A stretch of 56,100 nt of DNA, from positions 1-56,100 of IMG/VR virus record IMGVR_UViG_3300032397_000015. One strand, written 5' to 3'. Below are positions 9,149-18,509 of the stretch, piece by piece (position 1 is the first letter of the stretch; each line of letters opens with the position of its first letter). The stretch is from a virus. Lineage: Duplodnaviria > Caudoviricetes. Position numbers and translations under genes: made by a program. The notes under the pieces were generated by a model. The model was not told the origin of the DNA and did no database searches. It saw only the letters and a list, made by a program, of their open reading frames with translations.

Positions 9149-10234
9149 TTAGCCAACCTTGGCGCCGCGGTAACCGCGCTGCGGATTGTTCAAGCTCTTG
9201 ATCGTGTCCGAAAAGTAAGCTGACTTGCTCGGCGGCTTGGCTTTCGCCGTCTCCTTGGCCCTGGCCGATGGATTTGTATTGGGGCGAGTCGTCTTCGGTT
9301 TTGGGGCCGACATGCCCGTGTGCCAAGCCGCGCTGGCGGATGCGCGCAGCAGCCCGGGAGATTGCACCTCCTTGCCCGCAGTGGCAGCGGTCTTCTCGGC
9401 AGCCGCATCTCCGCCGCGCAAGGCGGCCAGCACCTTCTGAGCGATGAGAGTCGCCAGCATGGGGGTTGCTGCCGCCAGGGCATAGGTGCCGTAGGCGGGA
9501 AGCAGTTCTTTCGCGGTCTGCGCAACGCCGGGGCCGAATTTGCGAGCGCCGACCAGCGCGTTCTTCGTCGCCCTGGCCTCCTCTAGCAACTGCGGCACGG
9601 CTGTCGCCCCAACCAGCAGTGGGGCGTGGTCGCGCGCAAAGCCACGAGCATCGGTCTCGTCGTCCTTCGCCGCCGTGATGGCGTTCAACATTAAGCCAGC
9701 TCGCGCTGGCCCGCCGACCAACCTGACGGCCGCCCCGAAGTTCTGCCAGATATTGCGCAGCAGGGTGCTGCCGAGGATCGGCGAGGCGTGGCCGATCTCA
9801 TGCATCATCACCGGGACCGATCCCAGCCTGGTGACAATCTGCTCCTCGGCCAATCCCAGCGGAAGACCAAGTCTGTCTGACAGCTTCTTGGCCTCGGCCG
9901 GGTCCATATTCCTGGCTACCATCGGCATCCCAGGAAAGAACATCGCATTGCCAGGAACCCCGCCGGCCATCATCGGAGTCGTTACGCCTTTGCTAGCCGC
10001 AAAGTCTGTCAAGTCCTGTACTTCTTTGCGTGTAAAGGCTGAGAGCTGCTCCAGTGGAGTTCCTGTCACCTCCGTCACCGGACTCATGGCATTCCACCTG
10101 TCCGAGATCGCCCCTCCAAGGGCGCGCTGCCCCATCTTCCCAGCCTGCAGCGTTGCCAACATCGCCGCCACGGACGGCAGGGAGCTCCTCTGAAAGCTTG
10201 GCGCGGGTGCCGGTTTGTCGCTGTCGTCCGCCAT
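9149..10234 (-). CDS. Putative zinc metallopeptidase (HEXXH) with hydrophobic segments
   Basis: MMHEIGHAS plus downstream LLEEARAT (candidate third ligand Glu); TGATG coupling to the RNAP gene. Confidence 0.6.
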   Translation of the reverse strand: MADDSDKPAPAPSFQRSSLPSVAAMLATLQAGKMGQRALGGAISDRWNAMSPVTEVTGTPLEQLSAFTRKEVQDLTDFAASKGVTTPMMAGGVPGNAMFFPGMPMVARNMDPAEAKKLSDRLGLPLGLAEEQIVTRLGSVPVMMHEIGHASPILGSTLLRNIWQNFGAAVRLVGGPARAGLMLNAITAAKDDETDARGFARDHAPLLVGATAVPQLLEEARATKNALVGARKFGPGVAQTAKELLPAYGTYALAAATPMLATLIAQKVLAALRGGDAAAEKTAATAGKEVQSPGLLRASASAAWHTGMSAPKPKTTRPNTNPSARAKETAKAKPPSKSAYFSDTIKSLNNPQRGYRGAKVG

Positions 10235-13200
10235 CAGTAAACTCCCTCAGTCTTCGACCTGCCTGTTGGATCTTCTCCGAATTCAGCCCCATAGGCAAAG
10301 CCGGGGATGGGCGAGTACCCATGCAAGTCAGACTCGGCGCCACGTGCAGCGCCCTCGACAATGGCGGACTTCAGGCGTCGATAGCCCATCTGGCTCATCC
10401 AGTCGTCGCGCATCATGGGAATCTCCTGGATGCCCTTGAGGAAGGGGCGGTGGAGGATGGGCAGCGGTCCGGTCTCGACCTCCGTGAGTCCCGTACGCTC
10501 CAACAGCTTCTTGACCCGGTCGTTGATCACGGTCCCCTTGGGGACCCCGGGCACGTCCTCCTGGAGCGTCATGCCGTGGGCGTCTTCCAGACTCTTCTTG
10601 CCGAGCTTCTTGGCGTTGTAGTCCTCGACCACAGTCCAGGGCGCCACGTCGCCGGGAAGGAAGTCGCTGCCGCCGGGGTCCAGCACTCGAGTCGTATTTC
10701 CGACCGACCGCACGACTGTTTCGATGGCGCGCCGCTTCAGGTCGACACCCTGGCTGGCATAGGCAGACTGGATCTCGTTGGAGAGGTACTCCTGAGCGGC
10801 GCGCATCCCCTTGAGGCGAGCGAGCTCATCGGGCTGAGCCAGGCCCTTGGAGATGATGTCTCCCTTGGAGATCTGACTACCGACGCGAATCCTGTCCGAG
10901 TCCCACAGGTCGTTGGGGATGTAGTGATTCTTGCCATCGATGCTGACGTCCCTGCCGGTATCGCCTACCGACGACGTGACGCTATCGACCGTGCCATCGT
11001 TTTGCGCGAGGGCGGCCTTGCCCCGCTTGATCTCCGGCATCTTAAGCAGCTTGTCGATCTTGTCGTAGCCAGAGATAACGCCGCGAGTGCCGGAGATGCC
11101 ACCGGAGTGGAAGGTGCGCATCGTCATCTGGGTCAACGGTTCGGACATCGCCTGTCCGGAGGTGGCGCCAACGTTGTCGCCAATCGACGGCGACATCCCA
11201 TGCTCGTTGATCCCGTAGCACTTGGCGCAAACCCCCTTCGGCAGCCTACAGGTGATGGGCGAGCGGACGTCCACGGTCTTGATCTTGCGATCGCGCAACG
11301 TGCTCAGCAGGCCAGATGTCACCTGGCTGCCTGCATGAGCGACGACCTCGCCCTTGTACAGGATGTCCTTGGCGAGGAAGCGGTCCTCGACGTCCGACGA
11401 ATTGATGTCGACGTCGAGCCCCTCATGCGTGCCGCAGTCGTCCTTGGCGATGACCGTCGACACAGCCGAGGCCATGATGTCCTTGTTGAACTCGCCAGGC
11501 TTGCTGGTCTGGAGCTGCTTGTCGACGGCCGTGGCGCGAGCTCCATAGAGCGTGCTCCAGTAATCGGAGAACGGCAGCCCCTCCGAGAAGGAATTCATGA
11601 TCGGGAAGGGGGAGGCGTTGCCACGATGGTCGTCGACCATGAACGGCGTGGACACCGTCTGCTTGAGCTGGGTCATGTTGCCGCGCGCACCTGACCGGAC
11701 CATCAGATTCAGATTATTGGTCTGGGCGTTCAGGCCGGACGTCACAGCGGCGTCGAGCTGCTTGCCGGCGGCACCCATGATCTGTCGCCCCTCCTCGCGC
11801 TGGGCGGGATCTGACAGGTCTAGCTTGTTAAGCGCCTTGGTCGTCTGGTCGAAGATGCCTTGCTTGCCGGGGATCACGGGCGTCAAGTCTTTCATGCTGA
11901 CCGTGAAGCCTGTGCGGTAGGTGTGCTCGTCACCGAGCTCCTTCAGCTTGTCGAGCACCTTGCCGTAGTCGCGCGGCATGGTTTCGGCTAGATCCATGGT
12001 CAGCGCGCGCAGACCCTTCTTATCCAGTTCGACATCCTTGAACTTCTCCTGCATCGAGGCCGGAAGCAGCGCCGTGATCGCACCCCGCTTGGCCGGATCC
12101 TTCGACATCAGGAATAGCCCCAGGGCAGACTCATTCTGCGGCGTCATCATGATCTGCCCGGTGCCGGGGTTGTAGAGATTGTTGGATGGCAGCATCCGCT
12201 TCGCCTCCTCGACCGCATCCGGCAGCACGGGCACATGGACCGTCATGGCGTCGCCGTCGAAGTCGGCGTTGAAGCCCTTGACCACCAACGGCGGAATCTT
12301 GATGGCCTTGCCGTCGGTGATCTGCGGCATGAATGACATGATCGAGAACTTGTGGAGAGAGGGGGCGCGATTCAGGATGATCGGACGCTCCTTCATCTCG
12401 GCGTCGAGCGCGGCCCGTGCGCTGGGAGTGCGGTCCTTGACTTCCTTGGACGCCTCCGTCGGGGATTTACCGGCGGAATTGACCAATCGTCGCGTGATGA
12501 ACGGCTGGAAGATGTTCCAGGACATCTCTTCCGGTAGGCCCACCTCGTCCAACCCGAGCTTTGGCTCGGGAATGATGGTGCCGCGCCCGACCAGGTCTTG
12601 ATTGCGCCGCAGCACGCTCTTGATGAAGAAGCCTTCTTTGGCAGCCTTGTCTCCTTTGATCTGCCGGATGATGCCTTGAGGCACCCGCGACTTGGGGTAT
12701 TTGGCGATGGGATCACCCAGCCCATAGATGGCGGCGACGCCGTCGTACAGATTCTGACGAAGGTCCGACTTCGACGACTCAGGGATGTAGTCCACCCCCT
12801 TCTGCCAAGCCAGCTCGTTGTTGACCAGGCTGACGTCACGGTAGAGCGTGTTCAGTCCTGGATTTGAGATCTGACCGTCGTCGCTTTCCACGATCTGCCG
12901 GAACTGCGGGGGGATGATCGGAATCTTGCTCTGGACGTAGGCGTCCTCGGGGCGCACCCCCGTCTTCTTCAGAGCGTGCAGGTACTTCAGCTTCTTGTTC
13001 GCTTCATCGAGCTTCGCGGCGGTCTTGGACGTCTTGGCCTTGTCCGTCCACGTCTTGATATCGGCATCAACATCGATTCGGCTGAGCATCTTCTGGAAGG
13101 CGGGGCCTCCCGTCAGCCCCTTGTCTGCCCACTCTCCGGTGGCGGGATCGACAAACAGGTCTCCCTTGACCAAGCCCTTGTACTGCGTGTCCGAGATCCC

Positions 13201-16200
13201 CGTCAGCTTCTTGATCGGATTCTCGAAGACAGGGTTGGCGATGGGTTCTGAGAGCTGGATATGACCCCAGCGGTCACCGAGCTTGCCGCCAAAGATCTCC
13301 GGATCCATCAGCCCCCCGACCTCTTCGCGCAGGTCCTTGCCGCGCACGAAGATGGGCTCCTTGATAGCCCCCGAGCTCATGTTCGTGACCTCTTTGTCGG
13401 TCATCGGGTTGATGATCATCCTGGAGCCGTTGCGCTTGGTATTCACGCCTGCGCCGTTCAGGTATGCCTCGAATTTCTTGTACGCGAAGGTAGGCTGGGG
13501 CGGTGGGGCGATCTGTCCGCTCTTGTGGCCAGCCGACAGCCAGTTCCAAAAGTTCTCATTCTGAGAGCCCTTGTATGTCGCCATCTCGCGCAGGTTTGCC
13601 CGACTGCCGTGAGACAGCATCGAGTAGAAGGACAAGAGGTCCAGCGCCTTGGCGCCATCCTCGCCGCCTCTGAGAGGAGCGCGGTTGATGTCGTACTTTC
13701 CGTCGCTGCGGGCGGAAAACTGCGAGGTGGCCTGCTTGGCCAACTTGAGAACGTACTGCGGACCTACCAGCACATCGCCCAGCGGCTCCTTGCTGTGCGC
13801 ATCGAACAAGGTCTCGGTATCGGAAATCTTGTTCTTCGCCAGCTCAGCGGTCATGTCGCGGGCGTAGTCGGCACCCGTGAAGTTGTCGACGACGTACGGC
13901 TTTCCGTTCTTCTCGGCGATCTTGGCCGCTGCGGTCTCGAGGATCTGCGACGGGTTGATGCGCGTGACGATGCCGTGCGGATTTAGGAGGATGTCGACCT
14001 TGTTCGCCGTGCCATCAGCGTTCTGCGTATAGGGCGCTTCCCCGTCGGAAATGATCTTGGTGATGATGCCCTTCGCTCCGTGCCTGTTCGTGAGCTTGTC
14101 GCCAATCTGCGCTGGCTCGTTGGTCTTTACATAGACCTTCACCTTCTTGCCAGCCTTCACGACATCGACGACCGTCCCGTCGGCATCTCCGGTCCATTCC
14201 TCCATGTGGCCACGCCGAGGGTTCGTGCTCGGGGCGATCTTTTTCATCGCCAGGTATTCGGGGTCGTACTTGTTCTCACGCGTCCCCACCCAGAGCGGGT
14301 CGCCCTTCTGTAGAACCTGGCCCTTGCGGACGATGCCGTCGTCGTCCAGCTTGTCCTGCTGCTCCGGCGTCAGCGCTCCGGGCCTCCAGGCCATGAATGC
14401 GTCCTTGGAGAACGCATCGCCTTTGTCGGCAGAGACCGAATGCTCGTGCATGTGCTCGCTGGCAAGCTTCTTGGCCGCCGCCTCGGTGATGACGATGCCG
14501 TCCTCAAAGTTGTAGCCCTTATACGGGACATAGGCCGCCCGCAGGTTGGTGCCGATGGCGAGGGTCCCGTCGCGGGTGAAGTTGGAGTCGGCCAGCACGC
14601 CGCCCTCCTTGACCACATCGCCTGCGACGACGGTTGGGTCAGAGTGCAAAAATGACTTTCCGTTCAGCGGCAGATTGTTGTAGATCGGCTGCTCGACCAC
14701 TCCATCCTTAGTCCGGACGGTAATCCTGTTTGGAGTAACCTTCTCAACCACGCCGTCGGCCAACGACCTGACCGAGAACCCCTCGCCAATCGCATCCTCG
14801 ATGGTCCCCTTGCCGACCTTGACCTGAACCAGCGGCGCTTCGCGGCTAGTCAGCGGGATGGCCTGCTCGATCATCTTCGTAGCCATCTGCGCACGCACGC
14901 CCTGCGCCGACGCCAAGAACGGGATCGTGTTGGAGGCGATGGAGAACGCCTGCTTCGCGGACGAGAGCACTGCATCGACGTCGGACGCCTTCACCGACTG
15001 CATCTCGCCCTTGATCATGACCTTGACCTTGTCGGCGATGGGCTTGCCATTTCGATACTGGTCGGGGAACGCCACCACCATGTCTCGCATGTCAGACGGG
15101 CTGGCCCAGCTCTGAGTTCCGTCCTTCGGGTTGGTCACCCTGGTCTGCAGGTCCTCTTTGTCCTTCGACGTCCCCATCGGCAGGTTGAGCACGATGCCGA
15201 TGTTGCTGGAGTCGGGCGTGTGAATCGGGTCAATGAACCCCATGTGCGACGGATGAAGCGAGTGCTCCTCATCGCGAACTGCTCGCTCCGACTGAACCCC
15301 GCCCTCGCCAAGGATGGTGACCTTGGAGCTCCCGTTGATCATGTTGATCGGGTTGGTCTGGTCCGTCGTGTTGGCCAACGACGACTGGGTGAAGAAGCTG
15401 GTGAAGATGGAGCTCAGTTCGTTAGAGCTGACCAGCTTGGAGATGTCGGTAGGCGGAGACTTGCGATTGTTCAGGCGGTAGAAGATCTTCTTGCGCAGCT
15501 CGGACAGCTTCGGTGCGAGCTCGCCGGATTCCTGGATAAGGCGTTCGCCGATCAGGTCGGCGGGCCCCAAGACCTTCTTGTACTCAAGTGCCTCGCGGTC
15601 ATCGATCCCTCGCTGCCCCCTGGTCAGCTTGAGCAATTCCGATGACCCGTCGAGCAGCGCCTCTGGCCCTACCCTGTCGTAGCCCCTGCCGAGCGTGGCC
15701 TTGGTGACCTCAGGACGAATCTCTCCGTCTGATTCAAAGAACCCGTTGATGGCCTCGGCGGCCGCAGCAGGTGAGTCGTGCTTGGAGCGAGTAAAGTACT
15801 CGCCCGCCTTGAGCACGGCCTGCGTGGACTTCTTCTCGTTCAGCGCCTTGTTGACCTCGAGCACATCCACGCCCCACGCCTTGGACATTGCGGAATCAGA
15901 GACTCCGATCCTGGAAAGGATGGGATAGAGCGGCACCCCCGTACTATCCTTTCCACCCTTCATCAGCTTGAAGACGCCGCTGGCGTCGTCATATTTGATG
16001 TCGAAGGGGCGTCCGGCGATGTTGATCTCGGTCTTCTTCTCGCCGTTTTTCTTCTCGGTGACGTAGATGCCCGGCTTGCGGCGCAGCTGGTTCTGGACCT
16101 GGTAGTGCTTACCGTCGACAATGAAGCTACCCAGGTCGGTGGTCTTGGGCAGCGTGGCGATCTTCAGCTTGTTCGTCGACGACAGTACCTCTCCAGTCTT

Positions 16201-16434
16201 CCGGTCGACCAGGTCCATCGCCACGTAGACTGGGACGCCCCAGGTCCTGTCCTTACGGACTGCCTCGCGCTGCGACTCCCAGTCGGCTGAGTCTTTGTTG
16301 TCGTCTACCCATACGTTTTTGACCACGATCTTCCGGCCAGTGCCGGTGGCCTGGATGTCCAGGGCCTTCGAAAAGGACGAGACCACGTCCTTTTTGATCT
16401 TCTCGAACTGGCTGGCATGGTCAAACGGGTTCAT
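10234..16434 (-). CDS. rpoBC: DNA-directed RNA polymerase, fused beta-beta' single polypeptide (2066 aa)
   Basis: Beta motifs GSFIVDG, HPSHMGFIDPIHTPDSSNIG, GYNFEDG, GDKLTNRHGAKG, DILLNPHG. Beta' motifs GLMDPEIFG, WGHIQL, LNRAPSLH, catalytic NADFDGD (12250-12270), SGARG, RSPITC...CAKCYG, trigger loop EPLTQMTMRTFHSGG. All lie in one frame with no internal stop. Confidence 0.97.
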   Translation of the reverse strand: MNPFDHASQFEKIKKDVVSSFSKALDIQATGTGRKIVVKNVWVDDNKDSADWESQREAVRKDRTWGVPVYVAMDLVDRKTGEVLSSTNKLKIATLPKTTDLGSFIVDGKHYQVQNQLRRKPGIYVTEKKNGEKKTEINIAGRPFDIKYDDASGVFKLMKGGKDSTGVPLYPILSRIGVSDSAMSKAWGVDVLEVNKALNEKKSTQAVLKAGEYFTRSKHDSPAAAAEAINGFFESDGEIRPEVTKATLGRGYDRVGPEALLDGSSELLKLTRGQRGIDDREALEYKKVLGPADLIGERLIQESGELAPKLSELRKKIFYRLNNRKSPPTDISKLVSSNELSSIFTSFFTQSSLANTTDQTNPINMINGSSKVTILGEGGVQSERAVRDEEHSLHPSHMGFIDPIHTPDSSNIGIVLNLPMGTSKDKEDLQTRVTNPKDGTQSWASPSDMRDMVVAFPDQYRNGKPIADKVKVMIKGEMQSVKASDVDAVLSSAKQAFSIASNTIPFLASAQGVRAQMATKMIEQAIPLTSREAPLVQVKVGKGTIEDAIGEGFSVRSLADGVVEKVTPNRITVRTKDGVVEQPIYNNLPLNGKSFLHSDPTVVAGDVVKEGGVLADSNFTRDGTLAIGTNLRAAYVPYKGYNFEDGIVITEAAAKKLASEHMHEHSVSADKGDAFSKDAFMAWRPGALTPEQQDKLDDDGIVRKGQVLQKGDPLWVGTRENKYDPEYLAMKKIAPSTNPRRGHMEEWTGDADGTVVDVVKAGKKVKVYVKTNEPAQIGDKLTNRHGAKGIITKIISDGEAPYTQNADGTANKVDILLNPHGIVTRINPSQILETAAAKIAEKNGKPYVVDNFTGADYARDMTAELAKNKISDTETLFDAHSKEPLGDVLVGPQYVLKLAKQATSQFSARSDGKYDINRAPLRGGEDGAKALDLLSFYSMLSHGSRANLREMATYKGSQNENFWNWLSAGHKSGQIAPPPQPTFAYKKFEAYLNGAGVNTKRNGSRMIINPMTDKEVTNMSSGAIKEPIFVRGKDLREEVGGLMDPEIFGGKLGDRWGHIQLSEPIANPVFENPIKKLTGISDTQYKGLVKGDLFVDPATGEWADKGLTGGPAFQKMLSRIDVDADIKTWTDKAKTSKTAAKLDEANKKLKYLHALKKTGVRPEDAYVQSKIPIIPPQFRQIVESDDGQISNPGLNTLYRDVSLVNNELAWQKGVDYIPESSKSDLRQNLYDGVAAIYGLGDPIAKYPKSRVPQGIIRQIKGDKAAKEGFFIKSVLRRNQDLVGRGTIIPEPKLGLDEVGLPEEMSWNIFQPFITRRLVNSAGKSPTEASKEVKDRTPSARAALDAEMKERPIILNRAPSLHKFSIMSFMPQITDGKAIKIPPLVVKGFNADFDGDAMTVHVPVLPDAVEEAKRMLPSNNLYNPGTGQIMMTPQNESALGLFLMSKDPAKRGAITALLPASMQEKFKDVELDKKGLRALTMDLAETMPRDYGKVLDKLKELGDEHTYRTGFTVSMKDLTPVIPGKQGIFDQTTKALNKLDLSDPAQREEGRQIMGAAGKQLDAAVTSGLNAQTNNLNLMVRSGARGNMTQLKQTVSTPFMVDDHRGNASPFPIMNSFSEGLPFSDYWSTLYGARATAVDKQLQTSKPGEFNKDIMASAVSTVIAKDDCGTHEGLDVDINSSDVEDRFLAKDILYKGEVVAHAGSQVTSGLLSTLRDRKIKTVDVRSPITCRLPKGVCAKCYGINEHGMSPSIGDNVGATSGQAMSEPLTQMTMRTFHSGGISGTRGVISGYDKIDKLLKMPEIKRGKAALAQNDGTVDSVTSSVGDTGRDVSIDGKNHYIPNDLWDSDRIRVGSQISKGDIISKGLAQPDELARLKGMRAAQEYLSNEIQSAYASQGVDLKRRAIETVVRSVGNTTRVLDPGGSDFLPGDVAPWTVVEDYNAKKLGKKSLEDAHGMTLQEDVPGVPKGTVINDRVKKLLERTGLTEVETGPLPILHRPFLKGIQEIPMMRDDWMSQMGYRRLKSAIVEGAARGAESDLHGYSPIPGFAYGAEFGEDPTGRSKTEGVY

Positions 16435-16454
16435 TGGGCCACCTAACCCCCGCG

Positions 16455-16470
16455 GGCATAAGGATTTTGA
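16455..16470 (+). promoter_or_regulatory. Conserved GGCATAAG-N4-TTGA motif
   Basis: GGCATAAGGATTTTGA in the divergent gap between rpoBC and the 16550 island. Confidence 0.75.
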
Positions 16471-16549
16471 GAACAGAGCTTACCCGTAACCGTCGTCGGA
16501 TTGCTCCAACATCTCAACAATACTCAAGCATTCAGAGGAGGGCTACGCC

Positions 16550-16759
16550 ATGTACTTCTTTCCAGCAAGCTCAGGAGGCGCGAACGACGGACGCTCGTCA
16601 TTGGCGGGGGATGCCAAGAATCGTGTACTGATCGCGATCGTCGAGGCAAGCCTGTGGACGGTCGCCAGGGCGGCGGAGATGTGGCTGCTCTCGTCGGTGT
16701 TGATCAACCTGTCCGGCAGGCGTTCGTCGCGTAAATCTTCAAATCGAAACCAAGCATAG
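16550..16759 (+). CDS. Small hypothetical protein with hydrophobic segment
   Basis: 69 aa with GAGGAGG RBS. Confidence 0.6.
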   Translation: MYFFPASSGGANDGRSSLAGDAKNRVLIAIVEASLWTVARAAEMWLLSSVLINLSGRRSSRKSSNRNQA

Positions 16760-16773
16760 GAGGAGACCCAGGC

Positions 16774-17211
16774 ATGTATTTCTATCCAAGAAGGCCACCG
16801 TTGGCAGATGACGGTTCTGGCGGATTCGTCAGCAAGGTTCTAATGGGGCTATCCGCCACCGCGATGGTCCCGGCACACGGATTCATATTCCAGGGTCGAG
16901 GAGCGGTTGCTGCAGCGCCGAGCCCGCTGGGAATGTGGATGAGGGCGTTCCTGGGGGCGTGCGCCTGGGGATTCATGATTGCTGCGGGCAGCCTTGTCTA
17001 CAACCACTTCGTCAAGAAGTGGCAGTCGAGCGGCCTGCCGATGCTCCCTATCGCTGCACTGGTGTCAGGAGCGTCAACGATACAGCAAAGCATGGGGCAG
17101 GCTCCGAGCCAGCAGCAGGCGTCGGCCGGCGGGCTCGGTAGCGGGGCACCTCAATTCACCCGAGCGCGCCAGCCCGGGCAAACATCATTCCTCGAGGAGT
17201 ACGAGGGCTAG
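16774..17211 (+). CDS. Hypothetical membrane protein
   Basis: 145 aa, AGGAGG RBS, hydrophobic stretches such as AFLGACAWGFMIAAGSLVY. Confidence 0.7.
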   Translation: MYFYPRRPPLADDGSGGFVSKVLMGLSATAMVPAHGFIFQGRGAVAAAPSPLGMWMRAFLGACAWGFMIAAGSLVYNHFVKKWQSSGLPMLPIAALVSGASTIQQSMGQAPSQQQASAGGLGSGAPQFTRARQPGQTSFLEEYEG

Positions 17212-17672
17212 TTGAGTAGGCTGGCGATCAGCACGCCTGCCAAGATCGATGTCGACACGCCCGCGATCGTCCACGCCACCGGGGAGCCCCATGTGGGCTT
17301 CACCCGTTCCTGTTGGTACTTAAGGTCCAGATCCAACAGCTGTTTCGTCAGGTCAGAGTTTCGCTGTACGAGAATTGATTGGCTGCCCGCATACGTCGAC
17401 ACCTGCCCCTTCAGCTCAGTGAGCTGTAGGTTCATGGTCGCGGTCAGGTCGGCATCAATTTTTAGCTGGATGCGGGAGTGAACGAGCTCCGCGTCCGACC
17501 CGAGGACGAGCTTCCAGTCCTCGATGTCGAGGTATCCGCAGACGTCGCCAGCGGCAGTCTTGTAGACCTTGCACGCCGGCAGTGTCTGCGGCTGGTAGAC
17601 CGGATCAGCGAGCGCTGGGGTCGATGTCACGCCAAGAGCGAATGCTATCGATAGCACGCAGGTCAGCCGCAT
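17208..17672 (-). CDS. Secreted coiled-coil protein with C-terminal TM helix (spanin-like partner)
   Basis: Start reassigned to ATG 17672 (MRLTCVLSIAFALGVTSTPALA, GGAG RBS). Signal peptide, heptad-rich middle, C-terminal hydrophobic helix. Confidence 0.6.
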   Translation of the reverse strand: MRLTCVLSIAFALGVTSTPALADPVYQPQTLPACKVYKTAAGDVCGYLDIEDWKLVLGSDAELVHSRIQLKIDADLTATMNLQLTELKGQVSTYAGSQSILVQRNSDLTKQLLDLDLKYQQERVKPTWGSPVAWTIAGVSTSILAGVLIASLLN

Positions 17673-18027
17673 ATCTGCTCTCCTCGGCCCTGATGTCGGC
17701 CTGGATGATCCGGACCTTTTCCTCGGACGCCGCAACAACCTTCTGCGACTCCGCGATCGCTGCCGAGTTGGCGGCAATCTTGGTGTCAACGATGTCCTGT
17801 GCGGCCTTGACCTCGACGACGAACTTCTCATGGCGGAGCTTGGCCAGCTCCTGGTTGCGCCGCCAGGAGATCCACGCCCAGACGGCAACACCGGCCAAGG
17901 CGATGCAGGCCAGGATCAGCGTCCCGACCCAGGACTTGCTGTTCCCGGTCTTGGGATCCTTCTGCGCCGTGCCGGCAGCCTGGAGCTTGGCCAGGAGTGC
18001 GGTTGGGTCAAAGCCCGGGAGGTCCAC
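17605..18027 (-). CDS. Rz / i-spanin-like protein
   Basis: One TM helix (WVGTLILACIALAGVAVWAWI) followed by a coiled coil; overlaps the downstream gene as Rz/Rz1 pairs do. Confidence 0.55.
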   Translation of the reverse strand: MDLPGFDPTALLAKLQAAGTAQKDPKTGNSKSWVGTLILACIALAGVAVWAWISWRRNQELAKLRHEKFVVEVKAAQDIVDTKIAANSAAIAESQKVVAASEEKVRIIQADIRAEESRYAADLRAIDSIRSWRDIDPSAR

Positions 18028-18509
18028 TACGCCTTCGTTTCTTCAGTCCGCAGCTCGAAAAGGTGCGCTTCGATCAGCCCCTCGAGCTTCTCGCGGGCCA
18101 TAGCGGGCAGCTTCTGCTGCTTGGCCATCTCGACCGCCCAGCCAGCAGCCACTTCCATGACCTCGCCACCCGGGAGCTTCTTGCCGTCGGTCAGGTCCTT
18201 GCTCTTCTTGCGCGCCCACTCGCCACCTCGCAGCGCCGCCTTACGAGCGAGCTCGCCCCAGGCCGCGGCGGTCTTCTCACCGACGTCGATGTGCAGCTTC
18301 TGCTGAACCTTGCGCAGGATCCAGGTGGCCAGGGCGCCGATGAGCGCCACGAACACGGGAACCAGGATGTTCATGATCTCCGACGTGGCCGAGGCGATGG
18401 CCGTGTCGGCCAGAGCAACCGACGGGACCAGCAGGATGCAGACAGCGACCGCGCTAGCCCACAGAACGTTCTTTTGCCCAGTCACGTCGCGCTTCTTTGA
18501 CATCAGCAT
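18027..18509 (-). CDS. Holin-like protein (LL-H family-like)
   Basis: Start reassigned to ATG 18509 (MLMSKKR, AAGGGAG RBS). Two hydrophobic segments, then GEKTAAAWGELARKAA...LEGLIEAHL, resembling the LL-H holin C-terminus. Confidence 0.55.
   Translation of the reverse strand: MLMSKKRDVTGQKNVLWASAVAVCILLVPSVALADTAIASATSEIMNILVPVFVALIGALATWILRKVQQKLHIDVGEKTAAAWGELARKAALRGGEWARKKSKDLTDGKKLPGGEVMEVAAGWAVEMAKQQKLPAMAREKLEGLIEAHLFELRTEETKA

Noticed and set aside
10234-16434. Host chromosomal rpoB/rpoC locus (contamination or chimera)
   Set aside because: No rplK/rplL/rpsL context, strongly diverged and streamlined, and translationally coupled to a phage-type gene.
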